33,109 nt of DNA from Micrococcales bacterium (GTDB taxonomy: Bacteria; Actinomycetota; Actinomycetes; Actinomycetales; Dermatophilaceae): contig PKWT01000031.1 of the NCBI GenBank assembly GCA_003132125.1, forward strand, positions 1 to 33,109, in the 5' to 3' direction. The translations under genes were made by a program, and so were the position numbers. Shown in pieces: positions 1 to 7,808 of the stretch. Each line of letters opens with the position of its first letter. Within the stretch, counting starts at the first letter, position 1. The notes below the pieces were generated by a model that saw nothing but the letters and a program-made list of their open reading frames with translations, was not told where the DNA came from and did no database searches.

Positions 1-652
1 TCAGGTAGGCGGCGAGCGCCTCCTGCGCCTCGTCGACGATCGAGTCCACCGCGGTGAACCACGCCATGGCCTGCGTGAGCACGTTGACGTCCTCAGGGTC
101 CAGGGCGCGCCCGGCCGGCTTCGGCGGGGTCGTCACCAAGCCGGACTCGGCGAAGGCCCGCACGGCCACCGTGGAGTCGAGGTATGCGGGCGAGTTGACC
201 GGGGCGACGTCGACGAGTTGGCCCTGCAGGAGCGTCCGCATCGGGAAGCCCTGCTCGGTGAACCCCCACTCGTCCTCGATGCAGTAGAACGCGAACGAGG
301 AGTAGCGCAGGTCGCCACGCTTGGCTAGGACGGACGTGTCGCGCCCGACCGTGGTGTCCGGCAGTGGGTTGTCGTAGACCAGGCCGACGTCGTCGATCGA
401 GAGGGTCAGCGTGCCGGCCTCGGTGGTGCCGAGCAGCCCGGCGTCACTGTGGTTCGCACGGCACAGCACGCGGACGTTGTCGGCGAGCGACTTGTTGAAG
501 AATCCCGGGGCGATGCGCTCGACGAACCCGCCGAGGTTCTGGGACAGGACGTTGAACTTCGCCGCGTACCCGTGCAGGGTGCCGAGGCCACCGGCGGGGT
601 CGGCCCGGAGCTCGACGACCTGCGCGAAGTTACGGCGCTCGAGATCACGCAT
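1..652 (-). CDS. HK97-family prohead maturation protease, first ~217 codons; ORF runs off the left edge and resumes at 33109..32925
   Basis: Absent from the ORF track. Own translation from ATG at 652: MRDLERRNFAQVVELRADPAGGLGTLHGYAAKFNVLSQNLGGFVERIAPGFFNKSLADNVRVLCRANHSDAGLLGTTEAGTLTLSIDDVGLVYDN...LAKRGDLRYSSFAFYCIEDEW...VDVAPVNSPAYLDSTVAVR. This is the typical prohead protease layout. It sits immediately after the portal gene, with an 8-nt overlap of the portal stop. Confidence 0.88.
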   Translation of the reverse strand, partial: MRDLERRNFAQVVELRADPAGGLGTLHGYAAKFNVLSQNLGGFVERIAPGFFNKSLADNVRVLCRANHSDAGLLGTTEAGTLTLSIDDVGLVYDNPLPDTTVGRDTSVLAKRGDLRYSSFAFYCIEDEWGFTEQGFPMRTLLQGQLVDVAPVNSPAYLDSTVAVRAFAESGLVTTPPKPAGRALDPEDVNVLTQAMAWFTAVDSIVDEAQEALAAYL

Positions 653-1856
653 TCGGTCCTCCTGAAGGTCCGGGACTTGCTGGGGCGGCGACCGGCGCGG
701 CCACCACCGAGGAGTTGCCGCGATACCACGCCTGCCATTGCGCGGCTTCCTCGTCGGTCAGCGGCGGCTTGTCCTCCGCTGCCCGGGCTTCCGTGAGCGT
801 CTCTTGCCCGGACGCGAGCGCGGCCACGTGGGCGAGGGTGCGGGTGGTCTTGTCGCCCTGGGAGAGCTGGTCCAGGTCGAAGCGGAAGTACTGGGGCCGC
901 GGGAAGATCTGGTTCAAGGCGGCCTCGAGGCGTGCGCACCACACGGCCAGAGTCCGGGAGGTGAGCTTCGCGGCGTCCTGCTCGAGGGTCTTGTACGTCA
1001 GGGATGCGCCGGTCTCACCGCCGACGTCCTCGGGAGACACGCGGTAGATCGCGGCGACCTGGGTGGCGTTGGACTTGATCGTCTCCAGGAACTGGGACTC
1101 GTTCGGAGAGACGGACAGGGTCTTGTAGTCCCAGTCGGCGCCCGTGACGAACACGTCCCGTCCGCGGATCGCCTCCTTGTAGCGCTTCTTGATCTTGTCG
1201 GCCTCGTCCGGGGGGACCGTGCGGCCGATGTTCTTCAGCTGGCCGGACGGGTTCGCGCCGTTGCGGAACCAGTCGTCGCCGTGCTGCTGGGCGCGCATCC
1301 CCGTCTCGATCTGCAACTTGAACAGGCCGAGCGGGCTGTAACCCTTGACGGACCCGGGGAACGTGTACGCGGGGATGTGCACCACGAGGGTCCGGTCGAG
1401 CTCGCGACCACGCCAGTAGTACGTCGGGTAGTGGAACCAGTCGAGCTGCTCCTCGATGACCGTCACGTCATCGGGTGCGAGCCACTGGATCTGACCTGGG
1501 CGACCCTGGGAGTCCAGGGCGGTGATGTACCCGTAGGCGTTGCCGCGCAGCAGCAGGGACGTCAGCGCCTGGTGTAGCCAGTCGATCTTCGTGCCGTATG
1601 GCGCCGGCTTGGTCACCAGCGTCGGCTGGGACGGCAGGAGCATGCGCGTGCCGTCGGGCGACTCACGGAATACCCGCAGCGGAGCCGTGGAGACCAGGTC
1701 CGCGATCAGTGACGTCGCCGCGTACACGGGTATCAACCGCAGGCCGCCGGCGACGATGTCCGGGCCACCGATCGCGTTGGCGACCGACCCGCCCGAACCC
1801 CACACGTCCTGGTAGGACAGGCCGCGCTGCTCGGCCCCGCGGAAGAAGAGGCTCAC
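645..1856 (-). CDS. Portal protein (HK97 family)
   Basis: 403-aa ORF between terminase and protease. Portal-like segments include DWFRNGANPSGQL and AAIYRVSPEDVGGE. Disordered Ala/Pro-rich C-terminus. Confidence 0.93.
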   Translation of the reverse strand: MSLFFRGAEQRGLSYQDVWGSGGSVANAIGGPDIVAGGLRLIPVYAATSLIADLVSTAPLRVFRESPDGTRMLLPSQPTLVTKPAPYGTKIDWLHQALTSLLLRGNAYGYITALDSQGRPGQIQWLAPDDVTVIEEQLDWFHYPTYYWRGRELDRTLVVHIPAYTFPGSVKGYSPLGLFKLQIETGMRAQQHGDDWFRNGANPSGQLKNIGRTVPPDEADKIKKRYKEAIRGRDVFVTGADWDYKTLSVSPNESQFLETIKSNATQVAAIYRVSPEDVGGETGASLTYKTLEQDAAKLTSRTLAVWCARLEAALNQIFPRPQYFRFDLDQLSQGDKTTRTLAHVAALASGQETLTEARAAEDKPPLTDEEAAQWQAWYRGNSSVVAAPVAAPASPGPSGGPNA

Positions 1857-2095
1857 TGGCGCACCGCCCGGGCCCGCACCGATGCGCTCGTGAGTCGGTA
1901 GGACATCGCCAGGAGCGCCACACCGGCCGCGATGAACGCCGCCGGTACGAACACCAGGGCGATGCCCGCCACGACCAGCCCAGCCCCAGCCAGGTCCAGC
2001 AGGGACGTGCCCACCGAGCGCGAGAAGAGGACCGCGGCCATGCGCCCACCGGTGGCGGTGACACGACGACCGGCAGCCTTCAAGGTGGCCTTCAC
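1853..2095 (-). CDS. Small membrane protein (80 aa) between terminase and portal
   Basis: ORF-track protein with two hydrophobic stretches (LLDLAGAGLVVAGIALVFVPAAFIAAGVALLAM). Its stop overlaps the portal start by 4 nt. Confidence 0.6.
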   Translation of the reverse strand: MKATLKAAGRRVTATGGRMAAVLFSRSVGTSLLDLAGAGLVVAGIALVFVPAAFIAAGVALLAMSYRLTSASVRARAVRQ

Positions 2096-2106
2096 GTCGC
2101 CTCCGA

Positions 2107-3591
2107 TCAGTAGAACGAGTCGAGCAGGTCGTAGTCCTCAGGGGCCGTCTCCACCCACGCGAACCGGGCCACGGTCACGGCGTACAGCGGGGTGATGTCC
2201 GCGAGCGCCTTGCGGGTGAAGAGCCATGCGCCGTCGCCGACCATGCGCTTGGATGCCCCGGCGAGAGCGGTGTTGAGCATGGGTTCGTCAAGGTGGCGGA
2301 TCAGGGTGGCGAGGACGTCGTCGTAGAGGGCGCCGCAGGCGTCGACCTTGTCCCGGACGGAGAACCTGCGGACGTCGAAGCCCGCGGTCTCGAGGTCTGT
2401 CTTCAGTGCGCCGGCAGCGCCTGAGCCGTCGATCGCGACGAGGTTGCCGCCGTGGATCCGGCGCAGCTCGACGAGCTTCGCGACCGCGCCGTCGGTTCCT
2501 GCGATCTGGCCGATCGCCTCGACGTACACGCGGGCCGTCGGGTCGGACGAGCGAGCCGCGAGACCGAACGATGTCGTCGAGCGATCCGGCGCGACGTCCA
2601 GGCCCCAGACCGGCGGGCCGGTCCACGGTGCGTCGACGCCCTCAGGGACCTTGCAGAGCCCCCAGCTCGCCGGCGGGATGACACCGATGCCGGCTTTCTT
2701 GTCGCGCCACTGGTTGAGGTACGCGCGGCGGAACTCGTCGTCGTCCATCTTGTCGCGCTCGGCCTCGATGACGGACAGGTCGATCGTGTGGTCGAGAGCC
2801 GGGAGGCATCCTTCCCAGACGTCCGGGTCGTCGGCGTCGGCGTCGTCCAGTGCCGAGTACTCGAAGTAGGCCACTCGCGAGCGTGCGGATGGTGTCTGGA
2901 TGCGGGCCCGGCCATCGTCGACCTTGGCGCGTAGGTACGTCGAGTCGCCGTCGCCGGCGGCGGAGGCGATCCACAGCTGGGCGTTGGGCTTGGTCGTCAT
3001 GGCCGGGCTCATCGCCTGCTCGAGGCGGGAGTCCGTGTGAGCGAACGCCTCGTCGATGTGGCCCTCGTCGAGCGGCGGACCGTGGCCGGCCTTCTTCGTG
3101 ACCGCGTCGATCCACCACCGCGACCGGTTCGCGAACGCGATGTGCTCGCTGCCCGCGGCCGCCCTCAGACCCGGCTTCGGGCCGCCCGTCGCGGCAAGGA
3201 AGTAGCTAAGGGCACTGTCCGAGATCGGGTCGTAGAAGTCTTCTTCGAGGCGCCGGCGCGCCATGTTCCTGGTCTGCGCGGTGTACACGTGGCGCTGTCG
3301 CGGGGCCGACAGGCACCGGTGTGTGCCCTTGGCGAGGAGGATCGTGGTCTTGCCCTGCTGGCGCGGGATGATCAGCCGCACCTCGCGGTAGAAGAAGAAC
3401 CCCGTGGCCGGGTTGATCTCGCACGCGACGTCCGCGACGTACCGCTGCCACGGCATGAACGGTGTGCCGAGCGCGGCGCCGACCTTCGCGACCTTCCCGC
3501 CGAGGGTGGCGCGAGTCAGGTTGCGTTCAGTCCCGAACCGCGGGGGCGGGTCAGTCGCTCGAGCCGAGGTCACTGAGGAACGCCGCGGCAT
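2107..3591 (-). CDS. terL: Terminase large subunit
   Basis: Walker A-like IIPRQQGKTTILL, a large ATPase plus nuclease-sized protein, and position after terS. The start is uncertain: ATG 3591, GTG 3573 or GTG 3624 are all in frame and none has a clear SD. Confidence 0.92.
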   Translation of the reverse strand: MPRRSSVTSARATDPPPRFGTERNLTRATLGGKVAKVGAALGTPFMPWQRYVADVACEINPATGFFFYREVRLIIPRQQGKTTILLAKGTHRCLSAPRQRHVYTAQTRNMARRRLEEDFYDPISDSALSYFLAATGGPKPGLRAAAGSEHIAFANRSRWWIDAVTKKAGHGPPLDEGHIDEAFAHTDSRLEQAMSPAMTTKPNAQLWIASAAGDGDSTYLRAKVDDGRARIQTPSARSRVAYFEYSALDDADADDPDVWEGCLPALDHTIDLSVIEAERDKMDDDEFRRAYLNQWRDKKAGIGVIPPASWGLCKVPEGVDAPWTGPPVWGLDVAPDRSTTSFGLAARSSDPTARVYVEAIGQIAGTDGAVAKLVELRRIHGGNLVAIDGSGAAGALKTDLETAGFDVRRFSVRDKVDACGALYDDVLATLIRHLDEPMLNTALAGASKRMVGDGAWLFTRKALADITPLYAVTVARFAWVETAPEDYDLLDSFY

Positions 3592-4018
3592 CTTCGGAGA
3601 CGCTGGACCCGGCGGACACGGCACGCAGCCGGTTCAGCAGCTCCATCGTCCGCAGCTCGAGCGGGGACACCAGGTCGAGACGGTCGTGACGGTTGACCTG
3701 GTCGAGCATCCGCGCGTTCAGCCGCGCCATGCGCGAGAGCGTCCGCCTCCACGGCGGCTCGCCCGTCAACCCGCGCAGGTCGCGGCGCAACGCAGTCTCG
3801 ATGCTGCCCGCCGGCGCGGTGAAGTCGATCGACAACGGAGCAGCCACGGGCTCGACGTCCGCGAGGACGACCGCGGCCGCGACCTCCTCGTAGACGAGCT
3901 CGCGACGCTTGTTCGCCCGGTACGTGCGCATGTAGTCGCGCTTGGCCGCCCGGCAGATCTCGCAGTGACATCCGCGGCGGTAGCCGGCGAGGCCGTGGTT
4001 GGTCACCGGAGTCGCCAT
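3551..4018 (-). CDS. terS: Terminase small subunit (putative)
   Basis: 155-aa ORF directly upstream of terL. The N-terminal GYRRGCHCEICRAAKRDY motif is common in actinophage small terminases and DNA-binding proteins. GGAG lies 7 nt upstream of the ATG. Confidence 0.7.
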   Translation of the reverse strand: MATPVTNHGLAGYRRGCHCEICRAAKRDYMRTYRANKRRELVYEEVAAAVVLADVEPVAAPLSIDFTAPAGSIETALRRDLRGLTGEPPWRRTLSRMARLNARMLDQVNRHDRLDLVSPLELRTMELLNRLRAVSAGSSVSEDAAAFLSDLGSSD

Positions 4019-4143
4019 CAGGTCGCTCCGATCACACCCTGTAGGGCCTCACGTGGGCGATTCAGTGGGGAGAAAAAAAGGTTCACTGGGCGGTCGCCCA
4101 TACCCCAGATTCTCAAAGAATCGGCGTCTGACCTGCGATGACG
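4019..4143. other. AT-rich intergenic region between HNH and terS; candidate cos/packaging site and terS leader
   Basis: GC is visibly lower than the surroundings, with an A7 run (ggggagaaaaaaaggttcac). The HNH / terS / terL order is typical of HK97-like cos phages. Confidence 0.3.
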
Positions 4144-4479
4144 CTAGAACGGCCAGTCGCGGGACGTGCGGCGAGGCGGGTCCTTAGCCCGCCTCTTGCC
4201 GGCATTGCATCCGAAGTGAGCGGGACGAAGGTTCCACCGCGCCGTCGGATGCCCGCCGTACTGCAGATCCTGGATGTGATCGAGGGACGGACCGTGCGGA
4301 TGGTTGCGCCTGAGCCCGAAGATGATGACCCGATTCAGTTCGGGGTAGAGGCACACCGGCGTCTGACACAGCGACCCGGGCGGACACAGTTCCTGGACGA
4401 GCGAGCGCCACAATCGGCCACCGCGACCGCGTCTCGGATCCCACTCGGCCAGGACCACTGCTAACCCCCAGCCCTGCAC
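4144..4479 (-). CDS. HNH endonuclease (terminase-associated type)
   Basis: Own reading of the 155-aa ORF: ...LCPPGSLCQTPVC...GPSLDHIQDLQYGGHPTARWNLRPAHFGCNAGK contains CxxC...DH...N...H..CN HNH signatures. The start is probably GTG 4479 or 4458 rather than the upstream ATG at 4611. Confidence 0.8.
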   Translation of the reverse strand: MQGWGLAVVLAEWDPRRGRGGRLWRSLVQELCPPGSLCQTPVCLYPELNRVIIFGLRRNHPHGPSLDHIQDLQYGGHPTARWNLRPAHFGCNAGKRRAKDPPRRTSRDWPF

Positions 4480-4610
4480 GGCGCTCGGTACCCGATCCGG
4501 TGCGCGAGCTGAGGTGATGATGAGGACTGGTGACGTCGGATCGCACGACGTTCGACGACCCGGAGCAGGCCCACCAGCCCAGCACCCGACCGAAGCCGGG
4601 ACGATCTGCA

Positions 4611-4631
4611 CCCAGGGCGTGCGGCCCTGGG
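4611..4631. terminator. GC-rich hairpin (8-bp stem cccagggc/gccctggg, 5-nt loop)
   Basis: Read directly from the sequence. Lies in the noncoding stretch between the early operon end and the HNH gene. Confidence 0.3.
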
Positions 4632-4640
4632 AAGCACGAA

Positions 4641-4661
4641 GGCCCGGTCAACGACCGGGCC
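4641..4661. terminator. GC-rich hairpin (9-bp stem ggcccggtc/gaccgggcc, loop aac); candidate early-operon terminator
   Basis: Read directly from the sequence. Followed by tctctct on the plus strand and ttcgtgctt on the minus strand. Confidence 0.35.
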
Positions 4662-4748
4662 TCTCTCTGGGCACAGCATGCCCACTGACTGAGACGGTAC
4701 ACCGCACGGCCTATCTCTCGCGCCACGCGCGCGCAATGCGGCGTGTCG

Positions 4749-4988
4749 TCACCACGGCCGGGGTACGAGCTTCATCCGAGGAAGCGGCGGAAACGTCACG
4801 AGCGGAGTGCGTGGAAGCGTCAGGAGAGGACCAAACGGGGGCGTCAGGAGGAAGTGCTCCTGCCACGTTGTGAGCGGCATATCTGGGCCGAAGTGCTTGC
4901 GAACGAACGCCACGATCAGCGCCCCGTCCCACCGTTGCGGAGAGACGTGGTCCCGTCGCAGCTGGTGTCGCATCTTGTCGACGTTCAT
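4749..4988 (-). CDS. Hypothetical protein (79 aa), last gene of the early operon
   Basis: ATGA overlap with the upstream stop. GC3 is good in the first two thirds and weaker toward the Pro/Leu-rich C-terminus. Confidence 0.45.
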   Translation of the reverse strand: MNVDKMRHQLRRDHVSPQRWDGALIVAFVRKHFGPDMPLTTWQEHFLLTPPFGPLLTLPRTPLVTFPPLPRMKLVPRPW

Positions 4989-5479
4989 CGGCCGACCCTG
5001 CGCGGTGGGCCGCCTACCGGGGCGAAGACCCAGCGTCGTTGATTCTCACGCCACCCGACGATCGTGTACGTCGTGATGACCGGGCCGCTGAACAGCAGAT
5101 CGACCGGATCGCTCGCGCGGCTGAAGAGAGCAGACGAACGCTGCGACGCGACCCGCCACGGATCCCAGACGCTGCGGACGTGATGGATCTCGCCATCGTT
5201 CGGACCACCACGCAGCTCGACCTCGAGCGTCTTCGGCCGCCAGGCAGCGGTGACCTCGATGAGGTGCTGGTCGTTGGCTGGCTTGTCCTCGAAGGCGACG
5301 TCCTGAGTCGAGGCGTCGACAGCGAAGACCTGGGCCTCGATGGTTAGGCGACGTGCTAGTTCGCTGTGGAACGCGTCCATCGCCGTGCCCGGGTGCTGCA
5401 GGACGAGGAGCTCGTCGATGGTGCCAGCCACGAAGAGCCGGCCGACGTCGTCGATCTGCCGGAGTGTCCAGGTCGTCAT
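4985..5479 (-). CDS. Hypothetical protein (164 aa)
   Basis: ORF trimmed to the ATG at 5479, which forms an ATGA overlap with the upstream stop. Starts MTTWTLRQIDDVGRLFVAG. Confidence 0.7.
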   Translation of the reverse strand: MTTWTLRQIDDVGRLFVAGTIDELLVLQHPGTAMDAFHSELARRLTIEAQVFAVDASTQDVAFEDKPANDQHLIEVTAAWRPKTLEVELRGGPNDGEIHHVRSVWDPWRVASQRSSALFSRASDPVDLLFSGPVITTYTIVGWRENQRRWVFAPVGGPPRRVGR

Positions 5480-5682
5480 CGCTGCGGACCTTCCTGGGGT
5501 TCGATCCAGCCGAGGTCGATGACGACGCCCCAGTTGTAGCGATGCTGCCGCGCCCACTTGCTGCAGAGATAGCGGACCCGGTTCCTCGGGACGCCAAGCC
5601 GATCACCCGCATAGCGCGGCTGCTCGCCGGCGACGAGCGCCGACCAGAGAGCGACCTCGTCTGGCCGGGCCGGCATGCTCAC
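5476..5682 (-). CDS. Small putative DNA-binding protein (68 aa)
   Basis: GTG 5682 makes a GTGA overlap with the upstream stop; ATG 5676 is an alternative. HTH-like segment GDRLGVPRNRVRYLCSKWA. Confidence 0.6.
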   Translation of the reverse strand: MSMPARPDEVALWSALVAGEQPRYAGDRLGVPRNRVRYLCSKWARQHRYNWGVVIDLGWIEPQEGPQR

Positions 5683-6077
5683 GGCTTCCACTCCTGCTGA
5701 TAGTCCCGGTGCTCGACGTAGATGGAGGCGAGGAGTTGGCACGTCGAGAGGCCGTTCTCGCGCCACCCTTGCACCAGCCCTTGCTGATGAAAGTCGAGCG
5801 ATTTCTTCTCGGCGAGGGCGAGGCGGTACATCTCGACAATCTGCCGATCAGCCGCGCATCGACGCAGAACACGGTCGGGGTCATGGCGACAGACGTGCTC
5901 GTCGATCGTCATCGGCAACGCCACTATCCGCACACCATCAGCAGCCAGATCGCGCGTCGCCGAGGCGTCCCACGAGCGGCTCCACGATGACCACTCTCCC
6001 GTGCCAGGCCCGCGCGCCGACAACGCCGCCGACTCGACCTCGGCGATCCGGGCAAGCAGGAACTCGGTCAGGGTCAT
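5679..6077 (-). CDS. DUF6221-like protein (132 aa)
   Basis: MTLTEFLLARIAEVE...HDPDRVLRRCAADRQIV...YVEHRDYQQEWKP resembles the actinobacterial DUF6221 pattern (recognition only). ATGA overlap at the start. Confidence 0.7.
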   Translation of the reverse strand: MTLTEFLLARIAEVESAALSARGPGTGEWSSWSRSWDASATRDLAADGVRIVALPMTIDEHVCRHDPDRVLRRCAADRQIVEMYRLALAEKKSLDFHQQGLVQGWRENGLSTCQLLASIYVEHRDYQQEWKP

Positions 6078-6742
6078 CGTGTCGTCTCCAGTTCTGGGAT
6101 CGGGTCGGCCATGGCCAGGCGGACGTGCTCGCCGAGGATCCCGATTGTCGTTGAGTCCCACGCTGAGCCGCAATGCCGGCAGACTGCGGCGAGCGGATCG
6201 AGTCGGACCTGCAGACCGCCGCGCTTGGAGCACACCATGCACGGCACGTTCGGCTTCAGCGGTGCCGTGTCCCAGGTCGTGACGATCCGCGCCTGAGCCC
6301 ACCAGCGCAACACATCCCGGTCGAGGCAACCGAGGTCGCCGGCGTCGAGCTCGTGCGCACGGGAACCGATCGTGACCAGATCCTGCGCCAACGTGCCCGG
6401 CTCGGACTGCAACGCCCGGCGGACCCACCACCTGGACTGGCGGCGGATCGTGCGCAGGCAGTCGACCGCATCGAGGCTCCCGGGCGGCTGCGAGTCGTAC
6501 CCCGACGACGACGTGCCGGCCGTGCTGCCACCGATGACCTGGGCCAGCTGCTCGATCAGCGGCGGGTACTCGGTGACCAACGGTCGAGGCTCCAGGCGCA
6601 CCCCGTCAGCCGAGAGCAGCCACTGGGTCTCCCGCGTCGTCATCGGCTCGGTCAGGTCAGCGATGCGATCCGAGATCCGCTCACGGATGACCTGACCCCG
6701 ATCGTGCTCAGCGTGCTGGTCTGGCCCACGGTGGTAGCCCAT
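6074..6742 (-). CDS. Hypothetical protein with C-terminal zinc-ribbon-like motif (222 aa)
   Basis: C-terminus CMVCSKRGGLQVRLDPLAAVCRHCGSAW (CxxC...CxxC). One-nt TGATG overlap with the upstream gene. Confidence 0.75.
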   Translation of the reverse strand: MGYHRGPDQHAEHDRGQVIRERISDRIADLTEPMTTRETQWLLSADGVRLEPRPLVTEYPPLIEQLAQVIGGSTAGTSSSGYDSQPPGSLDAVDCLRTIRRQSRWWVRRALQSEPGTLAQDLVTIGSRAHELDAGDLGCLDRDVLRWWAQARIVTTWDTAPLKPNVPCMVCSKRGGLQVRLDPLAAVCRHCGSAWDSTTIGILGEHVRLAMADPIPELETTR

Positions 6743-7701
6743 CAGGTGTCTCCTCGGTTCGGGTTGCGACGGCCACCCCTGCGACCACGACGGCGGGCAG
6801 GCGGATCAGACAATGCGAGATCGATAGCCGTGGAACGTCCAAGACCAAGATCAGGCCCGACCCGACCCGACCCGGCAGGTGTAGTTCTGACGGACCTCGG
6901 AACTGCATTCCGTGGGACTTCTTGGGGTACTTCTTGGGCACGCCCGGGCGCCGGTGCGGTGTTGTCGCTCGTCGCCGTCGCAGATCGCACTCTCTTGGGT
7001 GCGGTATCTGCGCCAGGCGCCAGCGCCAGTCGCACTTCGTCGTCCACGGGCGTGGTGGGGTATCCGTTGTCGGTCAGCTTCTTCGCGGTCGCCTCGCCAT
7101 ACCGAGGACGTTGCGGGGCAGGGCGCAGCGTGTGCGCCGAGTCCCACCGTTCGACGTCGCCGCCACGTGCCCGGTTGCAGCCCACGCATGCGACGACCAT
7201 CGTCTCGACCGTGCCGGGCTGGCCCGGGACCAGGTGATCCCACTCACCCGAGCGCGCCGTCTTGCGACCGAGCCAGACGACGCCGATCCCGCACCAGCGG
7301 CAACTGTCACCGTCGCGCAGCAGCACCGGGATGAGCAACGACACGTTCCGGGTGTCGTTGCGCTGCTGGCGCTCCCACTCGACCTCGGCCTTCGAGCGCA
7401 AGTGGATGAAGTCCGGGTCCTCGATGAGCTTGTACCCGGCCCCGTGATCGGTGCGGACCTTGGTCAGCAGCCTGTGCTTGACGGCCAGGCGCAGCAGCTC
7501 GGTCGTGCGGGACCCACCGAGCATCTCGACCGTTCCGACGTCCAGGACGTAGTCCGTCGTGTGGGCACCGGACTGCATCGACAGGCGCCACACGAACCCG
7601 GCAATCTCGTTGATGGTGCGGTCGTCGGCCCTGGCATCGCCGCGGACAGCCATCAACTTCGGGTAGGTGGCGCCAGTGTCGCCGCTGCGTTGCCAGGCCA
7701 T
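6742..7701 (-). CDS. wHTH-like N-terminal domain plus internal HNH motif protein (319 aa); candidate replication initiator/nickase
   Basis: CRWCGIGVVW...GEWDHLVPGQPG...VVACVGCNRARG is an HNH signature. Basic, disordered C-terminal tail (RRRGRRGGRRNPNRGDT). AAGGAGG lies upstream of the ATG. Confidence 0.75.
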   Translation of the reverse strand: MAWQRSGDTGATYPKLMAVRGDARADDRTINEIAGFVWRLSMQSGAHTTDYVLDVGTVEMLGGSRTTELLRLAVKHRLLTKVRTDHGAGYKLIEDPDFIHLRSKAEVEWERQQRNDTRNVSLLIPVLLRDGDSCRWCGIGVVWLGRKTARSGEWDHLVPGQPGTVETMVVACVGCNRARGGDVERWDSAHTLRPAPQRPRYGEATAKKLTDNGYPTTPVDDEVRLALAPGADTAPKRVRSATATSDNTAPAPGRAQEVPQEVPRNAVPRSVRTTPAGSGRVGPDLGLGRSTAIDLALSDPPARRRGRRGGRRNPNRGDT

Positions 7702-7730
7702 GCGGTCCAGCGCCTCCTTGAGGTCATGAG

Positions 7731-7808
7731 CTAGTCAGAGCAGGCACACTCGCCGGTCTGCTGATTGATCCATCTGCCGCACGAGTCACAGCGCTCAGGC
7801 TCAGCCAT
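7731..7808 (-). CDS. Micro-ORF, 25-aa four-cysteine peptide MAEPERCDSCGRWINQQTGECACSD
   Basis: Too short to be listed as its own ORF. GGGAGGAGG sits about 7 nt upstream of the ATG at 7808. CxxC...CxC pattern. Overlaps the upstream stop by 8 nt. Confidence 0.45.
   Translation of the reverse strand: MAEPERCDSCGRWINQQTGECACSD

Noticed and set aside
4184-4736. ORFs 4184..4726, 4461..4736 (minus) and 4514..4873 (plus) covering the 4480..4748 spacer.
   Set aside because: They are mutually overlapping, compositionally junk-like, have no RBS or coupling signal, and cross two strong hairpins. I treated the region as noncoding.
5490-5515. T-loop-like GGTTCGATCC string suggesting another tRNA.
   Set aside because: There is no flanking acceptor or anticodon arm, and it lies inside a well-phased coding gene (5476..5682).
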